64,000 nucleotides of DNA from contig NW_027272178.1 of the NCBI RefSeq assembly GCF_040938485.1, positions 124,001 through 188,000 on the forward strand, written 5' to 3'. The DNA is from Diadema antillarum. Lineage: Eukaryota. The translations under genes and the position numbers were made by a program. The notes beneath the pieces were generated by a model. The model ran no database searches. It worked only from the letters and a program-made list of their open reading frames with translations, and was not told the DNA's origin. Shown here in pieces: positions 49,401 through 59,314 of the stretch; position 1 is the first letter of the stretch; each line of letters begins with the position of its first letter.

Positions 49401-52400
49401 GCACATACGTTTCAACATTTGTTTTAGAGTGCCATTGAAGCGCTCAACTAGTCCATTCGCGGCAGGGTGATATGGGGATGTAGTGAAGTGTTTGATGGAG
49501 AGTAATTTGCTTACCTCTTTCATGAGATCAGATGTGAACTGAGTCCCTTGATCGGTCAGCATTTCCTTGGGGATTCCGACTCTGGTGAAGATGCTCACTA
49601 GGGCTTCTGCAACTCTTTCTGTCTCGATGCTTGGGAGTGGGATTGCCTCGGGGTACCTAGTAGCAACATCAATAACGGTAAGTATGTACCTATTTTTCTG
49701 GTCAGTCATTGGGTGTATTGGTCCAACTATGTCTACAGCAATGCGTTCGAAGGGGACTTCGATGAGCGGCATTTTTCCGAGTGGGACCTTGGTTACACGA
49801 CCTTTTGATAGTGTACGTTGGCAGACGTCACACGATCTACAGTACCTGGTAATGTCAGAGTTCATACCGGGCCAAAAGAAATTGGTAAGTATCTTTTCTG
49901 TTGTCTTTTTGGTACCTTGATGCCCTCCGAGTATATTTTCATGGGCTGTTTTGGTACTACCACTTGTGTGATTGTTGTGTCGGGGTCCATTTGGGGAGAG
50001 TGGAATGAGCGATACAGCATTCCGTCTTTGTAAAAGAAGGAAGAGAGACCGTTATTGCGACTTACCTTCTCTGAACGAGTATCGGCGAGTTCTCGCAGGC
50101 GGTGTAATGTTTCATCCTTCTCTTGTGCCTCTTTGAGAGCTGTTGGAGTCACGATATCTTCCATTGGGTGTGGGGTTCTGAGAGGACGAAATGGCTTACC
50201 GTCTCGTTGAGCCTGGGCTCTCGTCTGTACTGCGCCGACAGGCATTGGTGTAGCCGTCCAGTCAGGATCTGGGTTGTCTGGTTCTCTTACTCCGGGTAGG
50301 TTACCTAAAATCAGGTCATAGAGTGGAGTTTTCATGCACAATGCGTTAACTTTTCCTACGTAGAAGGGAGTGTCTACATCTATTCTAGCGACGGGGAGAG
50401 TTTTCACTGTGCCGTCAATCAGCACGCAAGTACTTTCTTCACCTGTCATTTGGGTTGGCTGGACAAGATCTTGTTTAATGACAGCTCCGCTGCAGCCGCT
50501 GTCTCTGAGAACAGAAATTTGATTGTTATTGACTAGTCCGTTAGTAACTGGCATTTGTCTGACCACATGTTCTTTGGTGCATGCTGCACTCATCAACGGC
50601 AAGGAGTGTCCACATTTGAATTGGATATGGTCTGTGGTGGATTCTAGCTTGGGGGCATTGAGTGGCATCCGAACCATCATACAAGAAGCCTCAATTTTGA
50701 CCTTTGTGTTAGTGCAAGCTGGACATTGACAGGGAGTATGTGGATTTGGTTCTACCTGATCGGGTTCCAATGAAGCCAGGTTGTGTTCCGAGATAGGGGG
50801 GTTTCCTTGCTCTGGATCCTGGGCGAGGACTAGACCTGCCGATTTCATGGGGGAGAAAGGACAATAGTTAGCAATGTGACCTGGTTTGTGGCATATGAAA
50901 CACGTTCTGCCTCTGTTTCCCTGTTTTGTACAATCACGGGCAAGGTGACCGTGTTGGTGGCAGTTGTAACATTTGGGTTGAGATGGGGGCCTATTTCCTG
51001 AAATGTTATTTGGAGGGATTTTACCTTCAGGTCTGGTGTTGCTCCGTGGCATCTGTCCCACGTGTGTCTGGATGTTCCTTTGTGCCGGTGGGGGTGGTTT
51101 GAAGGTGCCTCCTCTGGCGTCTAAGTACTGCTCAGCTAGTTTCACCACGTCCTTCGAAGTCTCGGGCTGCCGTTCCTTCAGGAAGATGGCCAGCTCTCGA
51201 TGACACCCACTGATGAGCTGCTCCCGGAGGAGTAGATCTGCCAGCTCCTCGAAGGTGTGCTCTATACCAGAGAGGCTTACCCACCTGTTCAAGTAGTTCT
51301 CTAGTCGGTTTGCATACTGGGATGCCGTTTCTCCTGTTGTCGGTTTGCCTGAAAAAAACTTGGAGCGAAATCCTTCTGCAGTGAGCTGAAAGGATTTCAA
51401 GAGTGCATGTTTCAAAGTGTCATAATCATTGGATTCCGCACTTGACAATCTAGAGTGGACATCAAGAGCCTTACCTGTAAGCAGTGTGCTTAAGTTGAGT
51501 GCCCAGTCTGTAGTTGGCCAGTTTTGATTTTTGGCATATCGTTCGAACCGCTGTAGATAGGCATCTATGTTATCTTTGTCTTCCTGAAATAGAGGCAATT
51601 TTGGAGATCGAGCTTTGCACCCATTAGAACTTGATTCGCTTTTGGTTTGCTTTTCACGCGCTATCGCCAATTGTAGCTCGGCTGTTTCTCTTTCCTGTCG
51701 CCTTAACTCTAACATGTCCGCTCTTTCCTCTCTGAGTCTCTTTTGCTCGTCTGTAACAAACTGCCTAAGCTCCTCTCCACTGAATCCGAACTTTTCTCCA
51801 ATTTCAGTTAACTTAGCTAGCTCCATTCTGAATTACCCGAGCACTTATAATACAAAAATGTATTCAGATCAGTTCAGATCATGTACACAATGAATATACA
51901 ACGGTGCACCTATAGATAGTACATACATAGATACATACATAGATAGTACATACATACAAATGTAGAGGAAACAAAAAAAATCACAAGTTTTCCTCAACCT
52001 TTTTCTTTACTCTGTTTTCTCCGTTTATATACCCATGTGACTTCGAATGGCACGAGTTATATTCCCGGACAAGCCCCCAGAAAATGTCACATGGGCGGAC
52101 TTAAATAATACTCAATCACACTCGTGCCATTCACTTTAATGTACAATTTAATAAACCATTTGTAGAATATTTACAAGACTGAAATCAAGGAGTTGTGACC
52201 AACATAAAATGCAAAATCAAAATTCTGAGTGAGGTAAATTAAATTACAATACTCTTATATTCGACAACCATGTGAACGGGACCCTGTCTTGGTCCGGTTC
52301 CACCTGTACTTTTGGCTTGACACGTCTTCAGAATAATTATAACAGCTTCACTATTAATTCGTTATCCCTGACAATACACTATCTGCTATCAAGCGCAACA

Positions 52401-55400
52401 CTATATGGTTCACACCACCGTAGTGCTGATCCTGAGATGACCAGCCTGCACGCACGACGGTTTACCGCGGTTATAACACTTGCCTTCAATTACACTGCCT
52501 CCGTTTACATCCGGGTTCTGTGTTAACCCGCAACTATCATGGAGTGTATAAATACCAACATTCGAATTATGTGCACATCATATTCATCCTTTTACCAATT
52601 TAACATGACCTTCACCTCTCTACTTCGGCGACACTTCCTCGTCATAACCAATCATATCAACAGGGTGTCATGCACCCGCCAGGTTCATCGCTCACCTGCG
52701 TTGTCCACAGAGTCACCTTAAGTGTCAAACTATTCGCTTCCAGAACATAACTGATTCGTGGGTGGAGCGTCCTTGTATGCGAGGTTGCTGTTCCAGCTCC
52801 AAAGTCTCGCGAGGGACCCGCGTTCCGTATTCATTGGCGTCAAAAGTTCTCCCTAGCGAGGGGCGGGCACAGTCGCTCTGCTGCGAATGCGTCGGCCTGG
52901 GAGTAGATTCGACCTCGGCCTCGGCGCCATCTACAAAATTATTTAAATGCAACATATACCAATGGGGTGTGTTCTAACCACACACACAAAAACATTATCA
53001 GCTTACAATCCTGACATCACAGTGAAAATTTGAGAACTGCATTATTATCCAATTAACATACAAAATTCACATAATGAAATGTTTCAAACATTGGAAATAT
53101 AACAGTGCATAGCTTATCAAACATCACCGCATCGTTTTCAAAAACTGTACACCATTATAATATACTTTATCACTTATTCACGGGGTTCTCCGGGGCTATA
53201 TGTGGTGCCCTGAAACACATTCACATCCTTTTACACGACAAAGCAGAAATCAAATCGCAATTTAACTTACCAATGACCGGTGTAATATAACCAAATGCCT
53301 CTTCTTCTTGGCTACTGGAAGGCTGCAAAGGCTGTTGGAATACGCCTTCTGGCAGCAAACAAAATCTGAACTCAAATCAGCCAGTATACAGGCTGACGGT
53401 AAGGTGGACGGACGGCTCCTGGCCGCAACCGAAATTGGGCTTAGACACAAAATTATCTTGCCAACTGGCGCCTGGGTGTGGCAGGTTGGTTTTCTGCCAT
53501 CACGGAGCTAACTCAATGTTCTCTCGGTGAAATCAAAATGGTGTCTGCCACGAAAAGATCCAACTCTACTGTTAAATTGCTACTCGACTACGACACTCCT
53601 TTTCGAGGCATTTGGAATATTTGATACAACTAAAAGGACTTGAACGAAAACACCTATACCGCACTCTCCCGGAACTGGAGCTATTTCCTGTCTTTTCTTT
53701 CTACATTAATTGACATGCAAAAATAAATGAACTCCTCTCGGTCATCGATGGCGCGACTTGTAAAACATTCACACCTGTCCTAGCACTTTCTCTCTCTCAC
53801 TCTCGCTTTCTCTCTCGCTCACTCACTCGCACTTTTTGTCTCGTTATCCCTACCCGTAAACATGTTTGTCTAGTTGAATGACCGATAGGTGTTGTACATG
53901 AAACAACCTGGAAATGCATTTTCAATGTGACAATATTTAACACCGAAATTTTTGCAGTGTAGAAACGTGTGTTGGCTCGGAAAAAAAAGGAGATATAGAT
54001 ATCCAATTTGAGGTATTATCTTGCGCGCATAAGCCTATACATATAATACTTGACTAAATGTGTGTCTCTGTTATAAACTTCAAAAATGAATTATCAAGTT
54101 ATTGATATCTTAGCTTATAACCACATCACTTTCATAATTATCTTGATGAAAATTGTATTGATTAATCATTAATAATTAATTTTTATACAGATATTGATTT
54201 GTCAAATAATCATTGTCAAAGAGACTGGGAATATAAGCACCACAAAGCTACTGTGGATATGTAAACGACAGTTCATCATGTAACCGTGTCTTGAATGTCC
54301 ATATTTCCCTCAAAAGCTAAAAAAATATCTTTACAGCTACAGATCTGCATCTTGAGTATAGATTCAGATTGTATTCACTCCTAAATGTGTTTAGAATGAT
54401 CGAATCATTTCATGAGAAATCTATTGAAAAGATAACCTTGAGTTAAAAAAAAAGAATACTTATTAACTTCTGCATATAATGTATAATGTTGCAAAAGTGG
54501 TAAAGCAGCTGGCAGAACCTGACACAATTACTGACAATTCCAGACAGCTAGCCCAGGAGGAATTCCCCTGAGAAGACTATCCATTAACTTGAACTAGTAA
54601 TCTGGTCTCCTGGATCATGAAAGATATTTTTAAAGAACAAATCTACCCAATAAATAAATGTAAATGTAAAATGTAAATGAAAGAGAGAAAAGAAAATCCC
54701 CATAGAACGTTAAAAAAAAGGCGATCTTCAGATAAGAAATAAGGAATATATGACATTTTCAAATCTCACATTTTCTTTGGAAGCACGTTTTTTTTTTTTT
54801 TTTTGGGGGGGGGGGGGGCAGTCCTAATGAATATTCAAAATGAGCGAGTTGATGATATGTCATTCCCTCACAATTTTTCATGCATGTTAAATAGTAAGTT
54901 GTATACATTTTGATATTTAATGCACATAATGTATATAAATGTCATTCAGGGGCCCATGGAAGACCACTACTTACAAGTGAATGGGCCACACTGACAAAAT
55001 ATTAGAAATAAATAAAATAAACAATTGAAATTCAGAAATGTTTTTTGCTATTACAGGTAGAAGCATCCCACACCACCCCCCCCCCAAAAAAAAAAAAAAT
55101 CAGAATTAACATTTCTTCTTATTTGTTTCCGTGGTTTTGAGGCAAGTTTTTATATTCATACACCTGAAATAAAAGATTTTTTTTTTCATTTCTGTATATG
55201 AAGTGAATAAAACATTGTGAGAGCATGACATCAATTTGCTGATTTAAATATTCATACGATTGGTCTAGACGTATTTTCCAAAAAGTTTTGAAGTTTCAGA
55301 ATGTCAAATAAAAAAGTAACTTCCTTATTTCTTATCCGATTTTGATCATTCTCACATTATTCTGTAGAGGTTTTTTGTCTTTCTTATGAAATTGATGAAT

Positions 55401-56513
55401 TCTGGAGTGGATTTATTCTTGAAATCCATACACCAGCTTTCGAGATATCGACATACCTCTATAATTCTCTTCTATGAAGAGACCGCACAAATACAACGCA
55501 CGCCCTTTCCACAGGGAGTAAAAGTTGTGGGTCGCGGCAAACCCGACTACGCTTCCCGCGTCTTTCTCATCACTCGTAGGGAGGACTTCCGCCACGTAAA
55601 ATCTCAACGAAGCTTCTTCTCCGCTAAAGGCATCTCTTCGCAGAGCTGGATACGAGGAAGGCAATACGGGATGAACAGATGTACAAACTTTGTCTCTGCT
55701 AGATCTCGGGAGTAAAAAAAAAAATGAATAAAAATCGCTTGAGGGAGGAAAATATTTGTTACGTTTGCTATGTTACAAGTCGGTTCATCCCATAACGTAA
55801 GTCTTTCCAACAGGCTATATATTATCACGATTAAGTGCCCCTACACGATTTCTTCGGGTGCATTACGAGGACATGTATATCACACTGCAACTGTACACAA
55901 TACACATAACAAATACAAAAATAAGCTTTTCCTAAACCTAAAATCGATGTATATCAGTGGCGGATCCAGAGGGGGGCGCAACATCTTAGTGATACCCCAC
56001 TTGTAAGATTACATGGAATAGAATAATACATGTATATACATGTACATAATTATATTGTGTAAGTTACGATAAAAATATTCCATATTTCCTTGTATTTTCT
56101 TTTTTTTAGCAGCTTAAGTGGCAAATATCTCAACTTATGAATTCGTTTTTCGATCAATCTCATAATTTGATTATGCGTGTATATGTGTGTAAACAGAATA
56201 CATTGTAATATGTTATACATTTTAATAGATTTTCTGATAAACAGATAAAAGTCATGTCATTCTTCTAGCAGAAATGTCGCAGCAAAATATGTAAGGGCAT
56301 TTAAGCAAAATAATTGTTGATACCTGAACAGAAAATATCCTCGCAAGATGCATAAACCCACATTATAACCATCTTCCCCTATTGATGTTAGTTTTGTTTT
56401 GTACTTTGTTTTAACACTTATAGTATGGGAGTAGGACCTAATCGGGTAATCCTGAAAAATAACAAGGACTAAACCAAATGAACCTGACGAAAGTGAAGGC
56501 TGTAAATATCAGG

Positions 56514-56549
<36 letters not shown>

Positions 56550-56983
56550 TTGACCATCAGACGCAAATACACGAATCTTCGACAAATTGAATGGGAAAAA
56601 TGGGACTCCTTTGCTTTTTCATGTCGTTTGGAAATTATAAAGTGTAAACACTCTGTTTTGGTTATTGTCTTACGAAAACAAGCTAGTAGGCCCAAGTTCA
56701 TGATAGAGTGTCAAGTTTTAGAGGCCGTTGGGGGTCTTGGTTCCCGAGCGGTATGGATCTAATCCACGTTATGTATAGGCCTACTCGATCAACAAACTCG
56801 TGTCAATATTACGTGTATAGACATTTTTTACGTTAACCCCATATTACAGACGACAAGGGACTCACCCTCTTCCGTGATATTGGGCTGCCCGTCCCGGTGA
56901 AAGTCTGCCTGCAGTTTGACGATGAGACCAAGCAAAGAGTCGACATCTTCCAGGCGACCACGGCGGATCACATACGAAGCCAT
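43466..56983 (-). CDS. SAT1/SAT2-family GNAT, paralog B, 171 aa. Exons 56983-56866, 55645-55457, 44786-44746, 43633-43466. The LTR retrotransposon lies in intron 2.
   Basis: MASYVIRRGRLEDVDSLLGLIVKL...LRRDAFSGE...SVVGFAATHNFYSLWKGRALYLCGLFIEENYRG|NKLGSRLMKAVVK|DCLDSG...TNDRAINFFAKTG...QWEYFRL. Exons of 118+189+41+168 nt are in frame with AG/GT boundaries. Confidence 0.88.
43900..44055. other. Assembly gap (N run)
   Basis: Run of N inside intron 3 of paralog B. Confidence 0.99.
45454..47301 (-). repeat. 3' LTR
   Basis: Direct repeat of 52085-53932 (offset 6631). One mismatch seen, T at 45693 versus G at 52324. Confidence 0.95.
47302..47317 (-). promoter_or_regulatory. Polypurine tract
   Basis: Minus strand GAAAGGGGGAGTGAAA immediately before the 3' LTR. 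Confidence 0.8.
47370..49946 (-). CDS. Pol: integrase, reverse transcriptase and RNase H; out of frame with gag-protease because of a deletion
   Basis: AHENILGGHQG...CRSCDVC (HHCC), VDIVG/TDQG/GLVERFN (DDE) and WKGPF, then KIDLSKGYWQ, MPFGL and YIDDIL (RT), then TDASN/ERECLA/ETDH (RNase H). Confidence 0.92.
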   Translation of the reverse strand, partial: AHENILGGHQGTKKTTEKILTNFFWPGMNSDITRYCRSCDVCQRTLSKGRVTKVPLGKMPLIEVPFERIAVDIVGPIHPMTDQKNRYILTVIDVATRYPEAIPLPSIETERVAEALVSIFTRVGIPKEMLTDQGTQFTSDLMKEVSKLLSIKHFTTSPYHPAANGLVERFNGTLKQMLKRMCAENPKDWDRYITPLLFAVREAPQESMGFSPFELLYGRKVRGPLDILRELWTGEAETGETKSTYHYVLDLRNRIDETCRNAHTQLQKSANRYAKYYNQKAKHRELQVGDKVLLLLPTDRNKLLLQWKGPFDVISKISSMDYRIDLNGKPKVFHINLLKKYHARNDVPSISDAEAACTAVIECEEQNDDEEETQQPLTNTSLLQPFPFQAKESLDDVSINSALSSPQKEQVNELLNEYKDVLSDLPGRTTLGEHHIKLKGNEHLKSKPYPIPHSLRDTVREEVKTMLSLGVIEPSESPIASPIVLVKKPGGSNRFCVDFRKLNKVTVFDAEPIPDQDELFTKVAHAKFFTKIDLSKGYWQVPMAAESKPLTAFLTPDGLFQFTMMPFGLVNAPASFSRLMRRLLDRLGGTVNYIDDILIYSTTWEEHLRTLTELFRRLRAAKLTARPSKCFIGQTSVEFLGHVIEHGQVRPRPEKLKAIQEVSQPQTKRELRSFLGMANYYRKFIPNYAAVAAPLTDRTRNAEPNKVKWETSQEQAFTTLKEKLSNPPILHLPDLSQDFILRTDASNVGLGAVLLQTHQDERFPVSYASRKLLRREQAYSTIERECLAVVWAVKKFEPYLYGRQFVLETDHHPLVYMNKASPANGRLMRWILALQPYRFRVEAIRGSENVGADLLSRL
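49862..51826 (-). CDS. Gag (SCAN-like capsid, two CCHC zinc knuckles) and aspartic protease; runs into a frameshift at about 49946
   Basis: YLQRFERYA...W...LLTGKAL...EQL...FLKERQP, CYNCHQHGHLARDC, CFICHKPGHIANYC and LRDSGCSG. Confidence 0.92.
   Translation of the reverse strand: MELAKLTEIGEKFGFSGEELRQFVTDEQKRLREERADMLELRRQERETAELQLAIAREKQTKSESSSNGCKARSPKLPLFQEDKDNIDAYLQRFERYAKNQNWPTTDWALNLSTLLTGKALDVHSRLSSAESNDYDTLKHALLKSFQLTAEGFRSKFFSGKPTTGETASQYANRLENYLNRWVSLSGIEHTFEELADLLLREQLISGCHRELAIFLKERQPETSKDVVKLAEQYLDARGGTFKPPPPAQRNIQTHVGQMPRSNTRPEGKIPPNNISGNRPPSQPKCYNCHQHGHLARDCTKQGNRGRTCFICHKPGHIANYCPFSPMKSAGLVLAQDPEQGNPPISEHNLASLEPDQVEPNPHTPCQCPACTNTKVKIEASCMMVRMPLNAPKLESTTDHIQFKCGHSLPLMSAACTKEHVVRQMPVTNGLVNNNQISVLRDSGCSGAVIKQDLVQPTQMTGEESTCVLIDGTVKTLPVARIDVDTPFYVGKVNALCMKTPLYDLILGNLPGVREPDNPDPDWTATPMPVGAVQTRAQAQRDGKPFRPLRTPHPMEDIVTPTALKEAQEKDETLHRLRELADTRSEKVSRNNGLSSFFYKDGMLYRSFHSPQMDPDTTITQVVVPKQPMKIYSEGIKVPKRQQKRYLPISFGPV
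52062..52079 (-). promoter_or_regulatory. Primer-binding site for tRNA-Pro
   Basis: Minus strand TGGGGGCTTGTCCGGGAA, 5 nt after the 5' LTR, matches 16/18 positions of the classic tRNA-Pro PBS TGGGGGCTCGTCCGGGAT. Confidence 0.85.
52085..53932 (-). repeat. 5' LTR
   Basis: Direct repeat of 45454-47301, adjacent to the PBS. Confidence 0.95.
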
Positions 56984-57178
56984 GCCGAGAGTTGCATGCA
57001 AATGATAGCAGATGTCGCGTGAAATTCGCAACGTGTTAGCGGCACTCAGTCGTAAGGCGGTACATTAATCATTAGATATCGACGCTTTCAGCAAACAATA
57101 GTATAATGACAGTAATGATGATTGAAGCCATGCCGTAAACATATGTTTCACTGTAGGTACCAAACCACATGAAATTCA

Positions 57179-57221
<43 letters not shown>

Positions 57222-59314
57222 GTTGTTATCCTTATAGTTCGGCCTTGTACTTCAAACACACAAAACCAATAAAACCTTTCACACGTACTTTTTGCCTCAC
57301 GTTTACTTCTTTTATTGGTTTCTCTTTCAGATGTAAAGAATTTAAAGACATTCTCATTGATTTCCCAGTCCATTGATCATGTCAACTTACACCTTCACAT
57401 TCATGATAATGTCGCTTTATCAAGAAATTCACTCTTGTAAGCATACGTAGTGTCGTTTTATCTTGACGACATAAACTTATAAACACACGTTTGTCTCCGT
57501 TCTTCGTCTTATTCGGTAGCACATTACCTGCAAAGTATACCAACGCCACTGTTTTTCAAAACATAACAGATGTTTTCCTATCATTGAATTGCAATGTAAG
57601 TCGTCCTAAATTCCATTCTTTTCCTGTAAAACGAGAAGAAATATGTGCTTCCTATGAGTGTTAATGTTATGCTTCATTGATAAACTTTAGACGTGACATC
57701 ACAGTCATGTTGTGACTGACTCTGACCTGTCCGAAAGAAGCCAGGGGACAATTATGATGTAATTGTCATTTCTTTCCTCTAATGTTTACTACAATCTCAC
57801 TCCAGTCTTACCTAAGGTGCTGAGTCGTGAGACCATCTCATTATTTTTTTTTTTACATCACCACAGTTTTGAGCCGTCTTCTTCTCGCTCTGCCTCTTAT
57901 ACTGAGGCTCAACGTGTTACGTAAGCATCGTTTACTCCATGTTGAGTCTGACACTAACCTTGAACTTTTTATTCCGCTAAATATAGTCCTTTCAGGGTTG
58001 GCCTTTTGAGCACTGTATAATTCCCCACAAAAAAGCCATGTTTCACACACATGGGCATGCCATTGTAACTTCCAATCTTAATTGTTCATTTTATCATGAA
58101 TAGAATATAGGCCTACAGCCAAAATTCTTTATACAGCAAATTATGCTGATTCATGATTTTGTTTGTGAATAGCCAAACATTCTCTGGACCGACGGAAAAA
58201 AACATAGGCCACACCAGTGGTAAGATATCATGCCCTATGTATACAACACGAGTCTCCATGGGCATGGATTCATTTTAAGTGTATCACATGGAGTTATTCC
58301 TGGTTGAATAACTTCAGGTTTAGAGACTGGGGCGTAATAGCGTTTGAATGAAAAAATTGAAATTTTAAAATTGTATGTACAATCTATTATTTTATGGCAA
58401 GGGGATGACATCATCACTTCACTATCTGCATATTCAAAATTCAAAATGTCGTAGATACCTTATTTTGCATCGACTGTGATAAAATTTTCATTGTCATGCT
58501 GAGAAAATTGTAGTCCTTCTTTTCGTACTACCTGTACATGTATTCCCTTCCAGGATCATTGGCAAGATACCATTTTTCATCAGATTACTAGTACACGCCT
58601 ACAAAAAAAGAATAACACCTTTCAAACCAATACTGTGCAGTCTGTGCTAGTGACCTCACCTGTAGATTTTTGCTCTTAAAGTACTACATGTACATGTAAT
58701 AGGTTTTACAAGACATTGGAATGAACCTTTCACTCGACTGAGCATAACTTTCATGTTTGCATGTTACTAATGTGGCTAACAAAAGGCATTGCAGAAAAAT
58801 ACACTTATTATGCTCGGTCTCGGGGAAGGTGCTTTCTAATGTCTTTTGGTAATCATATTAGTACTTTAGCAATGATTGACAGATGAGGTCACGAGCAGTA
58901 TATTGTTTGGAAGTTTTTGGTTTTTTTTTTTGTTTTTTTTTTTTAGGGCGTATCCAAATAATCTGAAGAAATAGTAGAAAAATAACTACAAACTAGGCCT
59001 ATATGTTAAGGTATTCGTTTCGCCACAGAAGTGATGTTGAGGGTATTATAATCATGATTCAACATAATCGAGTCAAAATGCATTTAGGTCCTAACATTTG
59101 CATACTTTTGTATTTCCTGCGATTATTTAGCTAAATGGGGCAAACATTGTGCTTTTAACTCACCCACACTGGGATGAAAATTCCTTCAGTATCAAATCAT
59201 CAAATCACACTAACTGTGACGTGATGTACACTATCGCATCACACTAACAAATGAATGAGAAGAAGAGGTAGAGAACTCCTTAACCTGAACAACTTTCCTA
59301 CATATTTTGTTGAC

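Larger units (their letters stand above)
45454..53932 (-). mobile_element. Gmr1-like Ty3/gypsy LTR retrotransposon, full length and very recent
   Basis: Two 1848-bp LTRs with TGTCACA...TGTGACA ends, 5-bp TSD ATATT (45449-45453 and 53933-53937), PBS, PPT, and domain order gag-PR-INT-RT-RNaseH. Confidence 0.95.
44946..53959. mobile_element. CACTA/EnSpm-like MITE split by the LTR retrotransposon (pieces 44946-45453 and 53938-53959)
   Basis: TA|CACTGTAAAA...TTTTGCAGTG|TA termini and many aacacc/ggtgtt subterminal repeats that continue on the far side of the LTR element. Confidence 0.7.

Noticed and set aside
49862-49946. Programmed ribosomal frameshift between gag-pro and pol
   Set aside because: The break is just before the integrase zinc finger, conserved residues appear to be missing, and no slippery heptamer is evident. 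A deletion explains it better.
47507-51893. Plus-strand ORFs overlapping gag/pol (and similar ORFs over the L2 and ORF1)
   Set aside because: Antisense shadows of real coding frames with no independent motifs.
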